This document shows, piece after piece, positions 36,851 to 46,168 of a stretch of DNA of 64,000 bases (its first letter is position 1; each line of letters begins with the position of its first letter). Below the pieces are notes generated by a model. That model had not been told where the DNA came from. It did not search any database and worked only from the letters and a program-made list of their open reading frames with translations. The position numbers and the translations under genes are program-made. Source of the DNA: Candidatus Limnocylindria bacterium (GTDB lineage: Bacteria; Chloroflexota; Limnocylindria; Limnocylindrales; CSP1-4); the NCBI GenBank assembly GCA_046566045.1, contig JBKHXL010000014.1, positions 4,917 to 68,916 of the forward strand, written 5' to 3'.

Positions 36851-38587
36851 ATGCGCCGCTGGAGCGAGATCGCGGAGCGCGTCGCCGCCACGACGCGGAC
36901 CTCCGAGAAGACGGCCATCCTCGCCGACTACCTGCGCGGTCTCGGGTCCGACGAGTTGCCCATCGCGGCCACCTTCCTGACCGGTCGACCGTTCGCGGAG
37001 GCGGACCAGCGATCGGCCGGCATCGGCTGGTCGGCCATCGCGGCGGCCGTCGCCGAGGTCGCCGGCGTGGACCGCGCGGCGATGGGCGCGGCCTACGACC
37101 GCCATTCCGACCTGGGTCTGGCGGTCGAGGACGTCCTGGCCGGGGCCGGGCACGCACCGCCGCCCGAGACCGCCCCGACGCTCCCCGAGGTGGCCGCCGC
37201 GTTCCATGCCATCGAGCTCGCCCGGGGCCCGGCCGCCAAGGCGGCGATCTTCCGGGGCCTCATCGCCCGGAGCGATCCGCCCACGGCGAAGGCGATCGTC
37301 AAGGTCCTGTCCGGCGACCTGCGCATCGGCCTGCGCGAGGGCCTGGTCGAGGCTGCCATCGCCACCGCCTTCGATCGGCCGCTCGACGACGTGAAGTGGG
37401 CCGGCATGCTCACCGGCGACATCGGGCGGGTCGCGATCCTGGCCGCGACCGACGCGCTGGCCACGGCCGAGCTCGCCCTGTTCCATCCGCTCAAGTTCAT
37501 GCTCGCCTCCCCGGCGGAGGACGCCGACGAGATCATCCGCCGCCTCGGCGACGAGGTCTGGGTCGAGGACAAGTACGACGGCATTCGGGCGCAGCTGCAC
37601 AAGCGCGCCACCGACGTCCGCCTCTACTCGCGCGACCTGCACGACATCAGCGGCCAGTTCCCGGAGGTCGTGGAAGCCGCCCGCGAGTCGCCCTGGGACG
37701 CCGTCATCGACGGCGAGATCCTGGGCTACCGGGACGGCCTCATCCTGCCCTTCATCAGCCTCCAGGCGAGGCTCGGGCGCAAGGACCCGAGCGACGCCAT
37801 CCGGACCGAGGTCCCGGTCATCTACGTCGCCTTCGACCTCCTGGCCGTCGGCGGGGGCAGGGCCGGTGCCGACGCCGATCGCGACGGCGCGGTCGAGCCC
37901 CTGCTGCGCCTGCCCCTGCGCGAGCGGCGGCGCCGGCTGGACGCGCTCGAGCTCCCGAGCGTGGCGGACGGAGGCCGCTTCCTGCGCTCGCACCTCGGCG
38001 TCGCTGCCGATGCGGACGCGCTCGAGCGGGCGTTCAGCGCGGCGCGCGAGCGACGCAACGAGGGCCTGATGGTCAAGGACCCGGACAGCGGCTACTCACC
38101 CGGCCGGCGCGGCCTCGGCTGGCTGAAGATGAAGAAGGCGCTGGCCACCATCGACTGCGTCGTGGTCGGCGTCGAGGTGGGCCACGGCAGGCGCCACGGC
38201 GTCCTGAGCGACTACACCTTCGCGGTCCGCGACGAGGCGACCGGCAAGCTGGTCACCATCGGCAAGGCGTACAGCGGCCTGACCGACGCGGAGATCGCCG
38301 AGATGACCGCGTGGTTCGAGGCGCACACCATCGCCCGCTTCGGACGCTATCGCCAGGTCGAGCCCAGCGTCGTCGTGGAGATCGCCTTCGACGTCATCGT
38401 CCGCAGCAAGCGTCACGCCTCGGGGTTCAGCCTGCGCTTCCCGCGGATCCACGCCCTGCGCCAGGACAAGTCGCCCGACGAGATCGACACGGTGGCCACG
38501 GTGACCGCGCTGTACGAGGGTCTCCAGCAGGGCAGCGAGCTGCTCGTGACGGCGGGCGCGAGGACCGTGCCGCCCACCCCGGGCTGA
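36851..38587 (+). CDS. ATP-dependent DNA ligase (LigC/LigD-ligase-domain type)
   Basis: 578 aa. The adenylation motif I lysine lies in EDKYDGIRAQLH; the OB domain and C-terminal motif VI are also present. The N-terminus MRRWSEIAERVAATTRTSEKTAILADYLRG is typical. Confidence 0.85.
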   Translation: MRRWSEIAERVAATTRTSEKTAILADYLRGLGSDELPIAATFLTGRPFAEADQRSAGIGWSAIAAAVAEVAGVDRAAMGAAYDRHSDLGLAVEDVLAGAGHAPPPETAPTLPEVAAAFHAIELARGPAAKAAIFRGLIARSDPPTAKAIVKVLSGDLRIGLREGLVEAAIATAFDRPLDDVKWAGMLTGDIGRVAILAATDALATAELALFHPLKFMLASPAEDADEIIRRLGDEVWVEDKYDGIRAQLHKRATDVRLYSRDLHDISGQFPEVVEAARESPWDAVIDGEILGYRDGLILPFISLQARLGRKDPSDAIRTEVPVIYVAFDLLAVGGGRAGADADRDGAVEPLLRLPLRERRRRLDALELPSVADGGRFLRSHLGVAADADALERAFSAARERRNEGLMVKDPDSGYSPGRRGLGWLKMKKALATIDCVVVGVEVGHGRRHGVLSDYTFAVRDEATGKLVTIGKAYSGLTDAEIAEMTAWFEAHTIARFGRYRQVEPSVVVEIAFDVIVRSKRHASGFSLRFPRIHALRQDKSPDEIDTVATVTALYEGLQQGSELLVTAGARTVPPTPG

Positions 38588-38624
38588 CCTCCCGCGCATC
38601 GGCCGGGACGGCTATCCTCGGGGC

Positions 38625-39236
38625 ATGTACGAGTTCGGCAGCACGCAGCGCATCGTCCACCTGACGCTGTACACCGACGCGTTCGTCATCCGAGGGTCGG
38701 CCGAGACGCGCCAGCGGCGCGTCACCGACATCCTCAACCAGGCGGAGGACCCGTTCCTCGTGCTGTCGGACGTGACGGTCGATGAGTTCGGTCCCCACGG
38801 CAAGACCTCGACGGCCGAGTACGCCCAGATCAACCTCGCCTCGGTCCTGTTCGCCGTGGCGGACAGCTCGGTCGAGCCGGTACCCGAGCTGCGCACCCCG
38901 AAGATCCCCGAGGTCGCCATGATCGCGGTCCCGCCGTTCAGCGTGACCGGCCACATCCACCTGATGCCCGAACGCGACCTGCGCGCGGCGCTGCGCGAGC
39001 TCGTCGGCTCGTTCCTGCCGGTGACCGATGCCGCGTTCTGGTCGGACGCGCTCGGCGAGGCGCGGGTCACGAGCGCGATACTGGCGGTCAACCACGCCCG
39101 GGCGCAGATCCTGACGCCGTACCGCGAGGTGGATCCGTGGGCCGGCCTCGATCGCCCGGCGACCGAGCGTGCGGCGACCGAGCGTGCGGCGACCGAGCGT
39201 GACGCGACCGACGCCCCCGGGCCCGAGCCCGCCTGA
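38625..39236 (+). CDS. Hypothetical protein with C-terminal (A/D)ATER pentapeptide repeats
   Basis: 203 aa, coding-like. The C-terminus reads PATERAATERAATERDATD, encoded by three 15-bp tandem repeats at about 39157-39205. Confidence 0.5.
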   Translation: MYEFGSTQRIVHLTLYTDAFVIRGSAETRQRRVTDILNQAEDPFLVLSDVTVDEFGPHGKTSTAEYAQINLASVLFAVADSSVEPVPELRTPKIPEVAMIAVPPFSVTGHIHLMPERDLRAALRELVGSFLPVTDAAFWSDALGEARVTSAILAVNHARAQILTPYREVDPWAGLDRPATERAATERAATERDATDAPGPEPA

Positions 39237-39251
39237 TCCCGGCGGGGCCGG

Positions 39252-40097
39252 CTACCGGTCGACCGGCAGGTCCAGGCGGTTGCCCCACTCGGCCCAGCCC
39301 CCGTCGTAGACCGCGACGTCCTCGTGGCCCAGGACGGTCAGGATGAACGCGAGCTTGGCCGCGGCCACGCCCGATCCATCGTAGGTCACCATCCGACGCC
39401 CGCGGCTCACGTTGGCCGCGTGGAGTCGAGCCCGCAGCGCATCGCCGTCGCGCAGCCGCTGCGTGCCGGGCTCGTGCATCGCCCCGACCGGCACGTTCAT
39501 CGCGCCCGGGATGTGGCCGAGCCGCAGGGTGTTGCCCTCGAAGCCACGGTACTCCGCCGGGGCCCTGGCATCCAGCAGCATGACGTCGGGGCTTCCCAGC
39601 AGCCCACGCACCCCGTTGGTGGTCAGGTGCATCGCGTTGGGCCCGCGCGGCGTGAAGCCGCCGCCGTCCACCGCCTGGCCCAGCCCCCGTTCGATGGGCA
39701 GGCCGGCCCCCGTCCAGGCCGGGTAGCCGCCGTCGAGGATGCGGACCGACTCGAGCCCGTAGGCACGCAGCGTCCACCACAGCCGGGCGGCGTACAGGCT
39801 CTGCGTGTCGTCGTACAGGACCACGGTGCTGCCGTCGCCGATGCCGGCGCGCTCGGCCAGCGTGGCGATGCGAGCCGCCGAGGCCAGTCGCAGGGTGTCG
39901 CCGGCCTCGGTCACGTCGACCGCGTCCTCGCGCCAGTCGACCGGCACGGCGCTCGGGATGTGGCCCTCGGCGAAGGTCGTCGCGGCGGATCCGTCCGGGC
40001 GCCATCGTGCGTCGATGACGCGGACCTCCGCCCGCCCGAGTCGTTCGGTCAGCCAGTCGGTGGTGGCGAGGTGCTCGGGACGGGCCAGGCCGGACAT
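39252..40097 (-). CDS. Thiosulfate/3-mercaptopyruvate sulfurtransferase (tandem rhodanese domains)
   Basis: 281 aa from ATG 40097. Two rhodanese domains; the catalytic Cys loop is in the second (TYDGSGVAAA...). The 872-aa track ORF is rejected. Confidence 0.8.
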   Translation of the reverse strand: MSGLARPEHLATTDWLTERLGRAEVRVIDARWRPDGSAATTFAEGHIPSAVPVDWREDAVDVTEAGDTLRLASAARIATLAERAGIGDGSTVVLYDDTQSLYAARLWWTLRAYGLESVRILDGGYPAWTGAGLPIERGLGQAVDGGGFTPRGPNAMHLTTNGVRGLLGSPDVMLLDARAPAEYRGFEGNTLRLGHIPGAMNVPVGAMHEPGTQRLRDGDALRARLHAANVSRGRRMVTYDGSGVAAAKLAFILTVLGHEDVAVYDGGWAEWGNRLDLPVDR

Positions 40098-40115
40098 CGT
40101 GGCTATGATACGGCC

Positions 40116-41348
40116 GTGCTCCCCCCCGACCGAGACGATGCCGACAGGCTGGCGACCGTCCGCGCCGCGCTCCCGGCCCTGTCCGCCGGGATCTACCTCA
40201 ACACCGGTTCGGTCGGCCCGCTGCCGGCCGAGACCGCTGCGGCGATGGCCGAGATGGCCGAGTACGAGCTTCGCACCGGCCGCGCCCACATCGACTACTA
40301 CCACGAACTGCTGCAGCGCCTCGACGAGGCCCGGGCGGCCGTCGCCGCCGTCCTCACCGCCGATGTGGACGACATCGCCCTGACCCATGCCACGACCGAC
40401 GGCATGAACATCGGCGCGTGGGGCATCGACCTGGCGCCCGGCGACAACATCGTGACCACGAACCTCGAGCATCCGGGGGGCATGGGACCGCTGTACGTCC
40501 TGCGCGATCGGCGCGGTGCGGACCTGCGCATCGTCGACGTCGGGCTGGGCGACGACCGAGACCGGATCCTGGCCGCCTTCGACGCCGCCATCGACGCCCG
40601 GACGCGACTGGTCTCCCTGTCGCACGTCCTGTGGGCGACCGGCGCGCTGCTGCCGATCGCCGAGATCGCGGCCATGGCGCACGCCCGCGATGCCCTCGTG
40701 GTGGTCGACGGCGCCCAGAGCGCCGGGGCGATCCCGGTCGACCTCGCGGCGACCGGCGCCGACGTGTACGCCATCCCGGGCCAGAAGTGGCTGATGGGCC
40801 CCGAGGGCACCGGGGCCGTCGCGGTGACCCGCGCCGCCCGCGAGCGCCTCGCGCCGACGTACGCCGGGCACTACACGTTCGAGCGCTGGGACGCGTCGGG
40901 GACGGGTATCCCGTGGGCCAGCGCGCGCCGCTACGAGGGCACGAGCTGGCACCGGCCGTCCATCGTCGGGATGGCCCGTTCGATCGGCTGGCTGAGCATG
41001 TTCGTCGGCCTCGACTGGATCCACGCCCGCGGGGCGGCGATGGCCGTGGCCGCCCATGACCGGCTGTCGGCCATCCGGGGCGTCACGGTCGTCACGCCAC
41101 GGCACGCGATGGCCGGCCTGGTCAGCTTCCGGGTCGACGGCTGGTCGGCCCAGGCGGTCTTCGAGGAGCTGGGCGCGCGCGTCTTCGCCGTCACGCGGAC
41201 GATCCCGCTCGTCGAGGCGGTCCGCCTGAGCGTCGCCTGCTTCACGACCGAGGAGGAGATCGACCGCGTGGCGTCGTGCGTCGCCCTGCTGGCGGCCCAC
41301 ACGCCGGAGACGGTCCCGCCGCGTCGGTCGCTGACGCTGCTCGGCTGA
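40116..41348 (+). CDS. Class V aminotransferase (cysteine desulfurase / SufS-CsdA-like PLP enzyme)
   Basis: N-terminus VRAALPALSAGIYLNTGSVGP; PLP-lysine region SHVLWATG...; C-terminus typical of AAT_V. Probable GTG start at 40116 (no in-frame ATG). Confidence 0.75.
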   Translation: MLPPDRDDADRLATVRAALPALSAGIYLNTGSVGPLPAETAAAMAEMAEYELRTGRAHIDYYHELLQRLDEARAAVAAVLTADVDDIALTHATTDGMNIGAWGIDLAPGDNIVTTNLEHPGGMGPLYVLRDRRGADLRIVDVGLGDDRDRILAAFDAAIDARTRLVSLSHVLWATGALLPIAEIAAMAHARDALVVVDGAQSAGAIPVDLAATGADVYAIPGQKWLMGPEGTGAVAVTRAARERLAPTYAGHYTFERWDASGTGIPWASARRYEGTSWHRPSIVGMARSIGWLSMFVGLDWIHARGAAMAVAAHDRLSAIRGVTVVTPRHAMAGLVSFRVDGWSAQAVFEELGARVFAVTRTIPLVEAVRLSVACFTTEEEIDRVASCVALLAAHTPETVPPRRSLTLLG

Positions 41349-41360
41349 GCGGGCGCCGCG

Positions 41361-41756
41361 ATGACCCCACCCGTCCGACAGCGCTCGTGGGCCGAGGTGC
41401 GCTGGCGCCAGTTCCGGCGCGCGCCGCGACCGGTCGTCCGGGCAGTCCTGTCCAGCCTCGTCATCGCGGTCGTGCTGGCCGTCGCCTACCTGGCCTACGA
41501 CGTGGCCCTCAGCCGCGGCGCGACACTGCCCGGGGGCGACCTGCGCGTGCTGGCGATCGCCGGGTACCTGGCGGTCGTGCTGCTGGCGGGCAGCGTCGTG
41601 ACCTACCTGGTCGTGCCGCAACCGACCGGTTCGGGACCGACCGGGGTCCGGCGCCGGAGCGGCTGGAGCGCCGCACTGGGCTTCTTCGCCGCCGTCCCGA
41701 TCGCCTACCTCGTGATGGTCGTGGCCACCCAGATCGTGCGCCCGCTGCTCGGTTGA
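41361..41756 (+). CDS. Hypothetical small membrane protein (3 TM)
   Basis: 131 aa with three hydrophobic helices. It lies immediately downstream of the aminotransferase gene. Confidence 0.45.
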   Translation: MTPPVRQRSWAEVRWRQFRRAPRPVVRAVLSSLVIAVVLAVAYLAYDVALSRGATLPGGDLRVLAIAGYLAVVLLAGSVVTYLVVPQPTGSGPTGVRRRSGWSAALGFFAAVPIAYLVMVVATQIVRPLLG

Positions 41757-41929
41757 GCTGACTCGCGGGGTTCGTTCGCGTGGTGTCCGGACGCACCGGT
41801 TCCCGGTGCCAAGCGGCCTCGGGGACTGGCCCATCCGTACCATTCCGCGGTACCCTGCGGTGGCTATCATCCCGATGGGGTGCCGAGTATCCGGCCCGCA
41901 TCGACCTCCGCATCTCCGAGGTTCCGCGC

Positions 41930-42232
41930 GTGTCGACTGAAGAGCAGCATGTCGCGCTGCCGAAGCTCTACGGAGCGCCGGCCTACGCTCGACCGACCGC
42001 CCCCGCCCCCGCCCGCCCGCGGCCGTTCGATCCGGACGACCTGCCGATCGAGGCCTTCCGCAACGACGACGAACAGGAGTTCGTCGAGCGCCTGCCGGCG
42101 CGCGCCTGGGCGCCCGGCGGCGCGGTCATCGATGGCGGCTCGGGGTCCGATGGCGACGACGCGCGGCCGTCGCTCCGCCCGAGGCCCCTGAACCTGCGCG
42201 CGATCGCCGGTCGGCTCCTCGGGAGCGACTGA
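41930..42232 (+). CDS. Hypothetical acidic protein (about 100 aa)
   Basis: GTG 41930 begins VSTEEQHVALPKLYGAPAYARP...DDEQEFVERLPARAW.... The upstream part of the track ORF is rejected as non-coding-like. Confidence 0.4.
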   Translation: MSTEEQHVALPKLYGAPAYARPTAPAPARPRPFDPDDLPIEAFRNDDEQEFVERLPARAWAPGGAVIDGGSGSDGDDARPSLRPRPLNLRAIAGRLLGSD

Positions 42233-42320
42233 CCGAGGCCCCTGGGGGCACGGCGACCGACCCGCGCGGCGGGTGTAGCATCGACGCGTCCCGCGGGGCC
42301 GACGCGCCCCTCGGTCCGGC

Positions 42321-42396
42321 GGGGGAGTAGCTCAACGGTCAGAGCGGCGGGCTTATATCCCGCTGGTTCCAGGTTCGAGTCCTGGCTCCCCTACCA
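42321..42396 (+). tRNA. tRNA with anticodon TAT (UAU), which implies tRNA-Ile for AUA, with an encoded CCA end
   Basis: Manual cloverleaf: acceptor GGGGGAG/CTCCCCT (G1-U72), D-arm GCTC-AACGGTCA-GAGC, anticodon stem GCGGG/CCCGC with loop CTTATAT, variable loop TGGTT, T-arm CCAGG-TTCGAGT-CCTGG, discriminator A, CCA. Coordinates are +/-1. Confidence 0.75.
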
Positions 42397-42455
42397 CACC
42401 ACCGCGCGATCCCGCCGATCCCGGCGCTCGCGGCCGCTCACTGGACCGCGGCCGC

Positions 42456-43208
42456 TCACTGGACCGCGGAGCGCACCTGCTCGACCATCCGCTCGCGACG
42501 TCCCTCGGTCAGGCTGCGCTGAACGGGGAGCGCGGCGATCCACGGGCCGAGCCGGTCTGGGGTGAGGACGGCGCATGCCGCCGTGCGCTCGATGACCGGG
42601 TCCGGTCCGACCACGGCCGCGTAGACCTTGACCACGAAGTCGGTGTCGTCGTGACCGAACCAGCGGCGCACCCGCTCGGCGTCGCGCGCCGCCCGATCGA
42701 GCGGGCTCTCGAGAGGCATCCAGCCGCGCGTCGTGCGCAGCTCCCAGCGCCCGGCCCGGACGCGCGTCAGGTCGGCCGGCGGCAGCTCGCGGATGACGGC
42801 TGCCCCGAACGGACCGACGACGAGGTCGGACACCGTCCGGCCGTCCGGCAGGACCAGACCGGAGGCCGCCAGCGTGTCCTGCGGCAGGTCGCCCAGGGCG
42901 CGCACCAGGGGGGAGCGGTGGCGGCCCTGCGCGCGCACGGCCGCGAGGTCGCGGGCCAGCCGGTGGACCCCGACCAGGATCGATCCGGCCGGGGCCACCA
43001 GGGCCGCGGCCCAGAGCGCCATGCCCGCCACCAGCTGCATCCCGTCCGGCCGTCCCGCCGGCACGGCCTGCGACAGGAGTGGCGTGGCGAATGCCGCGTA
43101 GCCGGCGGCCAGGCCGACGGCCACGAGCAGCGTGGCCACGACCGCTCGCCCCATGATCGCGGCGAGGACGCGGGGCGAGGCGAGGCGAGGCACGCTGACG
43201 GGCTGCAT
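42456..43208 (-). CDS. NERD (nuclease-related domain)-like membrane protein
   Basis: Two N-terminal TM helices, then DLVVGPFGAAVIRELPPADL..., which resembles the NERD core. ATG at 43208; the longer 275-aa track start is rejected. Confidence 0.5.
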   Translation of the reverse strand: MQPVSVPRLASPRVLAAIMGRAVVATLLVAVGLAAGYAAFATPLLSQAVPAGRPDGMQLVAGMALWAAALVAPAGSILVGVHRLARDLAAVRAQGRHRSPLVRALGDLPQDTLAASGLVLPDGRTVSDLVVGPFGAAVIRELPPADLTRVRAGRWELRTTRGWMPLESPLDRAARDAERVRRWFGHDDTDFVVKVYAAVVGPDPVIERTAACAVLTPDRLGPWIAALPVQRSLTEGRRERMVEQVRSAVQ

Positions 43209-43481
43209 GGCCCTATCCTCGCGCGGATCGGCCGCGCAGCCAATGGCGCGACGGGGGTACCACGGACCCGCTGGAGGGCCCATCGGCTACTCCGCAGTAC
43301 ACCGCAGTCGTCCGGCCTGTCGCGGCTGCGATGCGGCCGCGCACCGAACCCGGGGGCGTCCGGACACCGGTCGGCGGCCCGCGTCGGGACCCCCGTACCA
43401 TTGCCGGGCACGGCCACCACGGGCATCCTCGCGGGCAGGATCCGGTCCCAGCATCCGGACAGCGCCAGGACCTGCCACATC

Positions 43482-45080
43482 GTGACTTCGCCCCCGGCCC
43501 AGCGTGCATGGAGCCGCCCCTCCTGGCGGCAGCCGGTCGTCCGCGCCGCCGCGTGGCGGGCCGTGACGGTCGCGACCGTCGTGGCCATCGTGCTCCTCGG
43601 GGCGATCGCACCGGTCCGGGCCGCCGCCGGCCCGACTCGGCTGAGCGACCCATCGGTCTCGCCGCGATCCGCCACGCCCACCCAGACCGTGACCTTCGCG
43701 GTCACGTACCGGAACAGGGAGGGCTCGCCGGCCGACTGGGTGCGGGTGACGGTCGCGGGCCGGACCCACGACATGCGGGTCAGCGGCGCCGAGGACTGGA
43801 AGCGCGAGGTCCGGCTCACCTGGAGCGGCACCCTGCCGGTCGGGACCCACGCGGTCGTCTTCGAGGGCATGAGCCGCGACCGCTTCGGCGACCGACTCGA
43901 GGGCGGGACGGTCACGGTCGTGCTGCCCGCCACGCCCACCCCCGGGCCCACGCCCCAGCCGACTCCCAAGCCCACGGCCGCGCCGACCCCGAAGCCCACG
44001 GCCGCGCCGACGGCGAAGCCCACGGCCGCGCCGACGGCGACCGCCGTCGCGACCGCGAAGCCGACCCCGTCGCCGACGACCGACGCGACGGTGGGTCCGG
44101 GGATCCCGGGCCCGGGCGCCACGCACCAGGCGACACCCGACCCCGACGGCGCCGGCTCGCCGGACGGGGGGCCGAACCCGACCGACGCCGCCGGGGCGCC
44201 GACCCCCACCGACGGGACGGTGGCCTGGCTGCCGGGCGGCAGCGCCGACCCGGGTGCCGCCCCGGCTGCCGCCCCGGGTGCCGCCCCGGGCGCAGGCGGC
44301 GCACCGGGTGGCGCGGGAGGAGGCGGCACCGCACCGCGTGGGCCGGCCAGCGGAGGCGACAGCTCCCTTCACGCGGTCGTCGGCACGATCGGGACCGTGG
44401 CGCTCGGGCGTCCCGCGATCGCGCCGCTGAGCCTGGTCATGACCGCGGCCGCGACCACGACGATCGTCGGCGCCGCGATGGCGTTCAGCCTGTTCGGCCG
44501 TCGCCGTCGAGCCGGCGAGCAGCCCGAGTCGGACGAGGTGATGGCGGGGAACGCGGCGTCGGGCTACCTCGCCTCGCCGACCGTGCTGCCCGACGGGTCC
44601 GTGGCCGTGGTCGCCGCCCCGACCCCGACTGACGCCGAGCTCGACATGCCGCGCTGGCGCCGCCCGTCCCTGCTCGAGGCGCGTCGGGCCGACCCCGTCC
44701 GCGATGGCGCCGTGGCGCCGCGCCTCACCTTCGACCACGGCCTGGTGGGACCGCTGCATGGCCGGGAGCGGCGCTACATCGGCTACAGCCTGGTCCGGCT
44801 GCTGGACACGCCCGACGAGCTCCGCGGGAGCGAGATCGGGTTCCTCGACCAGGGCGATGAGGTGCAGGTCCTTGCGTCGCGCGGGGCCTACCGCCTCGTG
44901 CTGTGCCCCGACGGGAGCCAGGGCTGGATCCACAAGATGACGCTGGGCGACTTCGTCGAGGAGGCGCCGAACGGGTCGGCCAGCGCGACCATGCCGGCTG
45001 CCGCCGATACCTGGACGATGGGCGAGGACGTCGACAGCGACGTCCTGTCCGCCTACCTCGAGCGTCGCCGCCGCACCTAG
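43482..45080 (+). CDS. Secreted/membrane protein with signal peptide, Pro/Thr-rich linker, TM segment and C-terminal SH3-like domain
   Basis: GTG 43482. Signal sequence AVTVATVVAIVLLGAIAPVRAAAG. Linker PTPKPTAAPTPKPTAAPTAKPTAAPT. TM at about LSLVMTAAATTTIVGAAMAFSLF. The C-terminus YRLVLCPDGSQGWIHKMTLGDF is bacterial SH3-like. The 809-aa track ORF N-terminus is rejected. Confidence 0.6.
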   Translation: MTSPPAQRAWSRPSWRQPVVRAAAWRAVTVATVVAIVLLGAIAPVRAAAGPTRLSDPSVSPRSATPTQTVTFAVTYRNREGSPADWVRVTVAGRTHDMRVSGAEDWKREVRLTWSGTLPVGTHAVVFEGMSRDRFGDRLEGGTVTVVLPATPTPGPTPQPTPKPTAAPTPKPTAAPTAKPTAAPTATAVATAKPTPSPTTDATVGPGIPGPGATHQATPDPDGAGSPDGGPNPTDAAGAPTPTDGTVAWLPGGSADPGAAPAAAPGAAPGAGGAPGGAGGGGTAPRGPASGGDSSLHAVVGTIGTVALGRPAIAPLSLVMTAAATTTIVGAAMAFSLFGRRRRAGEQPESDEVMAGNAASGYLASPTVLPDGSVAVVAAPTPTDAELDMPRWRRPSLLEARRADPVRDGAVAPRLTFDHGLVGPLHGRERRYIGYSLVRLLDTPDELRGSEIGFLDQGDEVQVLASRGAYRLVLCPDGSQGWIHKMTLGDFVEEAPNGSASATMPAAADTWTMGEDVDSDVLSAYLERRRRT

Positions 45081-45099
45081 ACTCGAGCGCGGACGACGC

Positions 45100-46047
45100 T
45101 CACGCGTCGCCCGCCCTGGGCGCCCGGCGCGGGCGGGGCGACTCGCGCCGGAACACGAGTACGTGCTGGTGGGTGATGTTGGGGACGAACGCCCGCGGAT
45201 AGCCGTACGGGCGGAGCCGGGTCCCGGCCTGGTGCCAGATGATGTCCCCCTTGGGCACGAGCCCGACCGCGTCGGCGCGCGCTGCGAGGTCTGATCCGAC
45301 GAACTGGTAACGGCCGCCCTGGTACGCGTCGCGCACGATCACGACCGCATAGCGCCCCTCGCGCAGGACCCGTCGCAGCTCGCCCAGCACGGCCTCCATC
45401 CGGTCGAGGAAGGTCGCGTAGTCCGGGGCGTTGGCGAGATCCGCCGGGTCGGCGCTGACCATCGCGTAGTCGGTCCGCCGGTTGGCGTGCGTGGCCGCGA
45501 GGGGCCCGCCGGCCATCGTCAGCGGCAGCTGGATGTTGTACGGCGGGTCGGTCAGGACGGCGTCGACCGACTCGTCGGCGAGCGTGGCGAGGACCGACAG
45601 GGCATCGCCGTGCTGCATCCGCAGGCCGGACGGATCGAAGCCGCGCGGCGGCCCGGGATCGGCCGTGCCGAGGTCGGCGAGCCGTGGGCCCAGGCCCTCG
45701 CGCTCCGCCGTCGCGGCCGCGACGACCTGTTCGTAGATACGGACCCAGCGCTCGTCGAGTTCGATGCCGATGGCGCGTCGGGGGCCGCGCGCGATGGCCG
45801 CACCGAGGAGCGTGCCGCCCACCCCGGCGAACGGGTCGAGCACGAGCTCGCCGGTCCGCGAGAAGAACTCGATCAGGCGGGCCATCAGGCGCGGCGGCTT
45901 GTTGGCCCCGTGTGCCCGGCGCGCCGCATGCCCGAGCTCGGACGGGTAGGCGGTCAACAGGACCGACTTGGTGAAGTACAGCCACTCCTCACCGGACAGG
46001 TCGTTCAGGTCGTTGCGCGGGTGGGGCGGGCGGGGTCCGTCGGTCAC
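45100..46047 (-). CDS. Orphan DNA methyltransferase (N6-adenine/N4-cytosine family; AdoMet motif DPFAGVGGT and catalytic TDPPYN)
   Basis: Motif I (LVLDPFAGVGGT) precedes motif IV (VLTDPPYN) by about 70 aa. No restriction endonuclease gene is adjacent. Probable GTG start at 46047. An alternative ATG at 46170 would overlap the divergent regulator start in a CATG palindrome. Confidence 0.7.
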   Translation of the reverse strand: MTDGPRPPHPRNDLNDLSGEEWLYFTKSVLLTAYPSELGHAARRAHGANKPPRLMARLIEFFSRTGELVLDPFAGVGGTLLGAAIARGPRRAIGIELDERWVRIYEQVVAAATAEREGLGPRLADLGTADPGPPRGFDPSGLRMQHGDALSVLATLADESVDAVLTDPPYNIQLPLTMAGGPLAATHANRRTDYAMVSADPADLANAPDYATFLDRMEAVLGELRRVLREGRYAVVIVRDAYQGGRYQFVGSDLAARADAVGLVPKGDIIWHQAGTRLRPYGYPRAFVPNITHQHVLVFRRESPRPRRAPRAGDA

Positions 46048-46168
46048 ACCGCGGAGCGTAGCCGCTGGCGATCGCCGGCGAGGCGTCCGGTGCGTGCACG
46101 CCCTCGGATACGCAGCGTGGCGCCGTCCGGATGCATCCGGCGCGACCGGGCGCAGCCTAGAATGGGCC

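Noticed and set aside
42233-42320. Possible second tRNA or tmRNA immediately upstream of the tRNA
   Set aside because: No cloverleaf could be folded by eye from 42233-42320. Only the 42321..42396 element gives a complete tRNA structure.
45968-46168. Upstream in-frame extension of the LAL regulator ORF (MVKYSHSSPDRSF...)
   Set aside because: The composition is non-coding-like. The ATG at 46169 (MPARLTSARFVGRED...) matches the typical N-terminus of LAL regulators and leaves room for a promoter.
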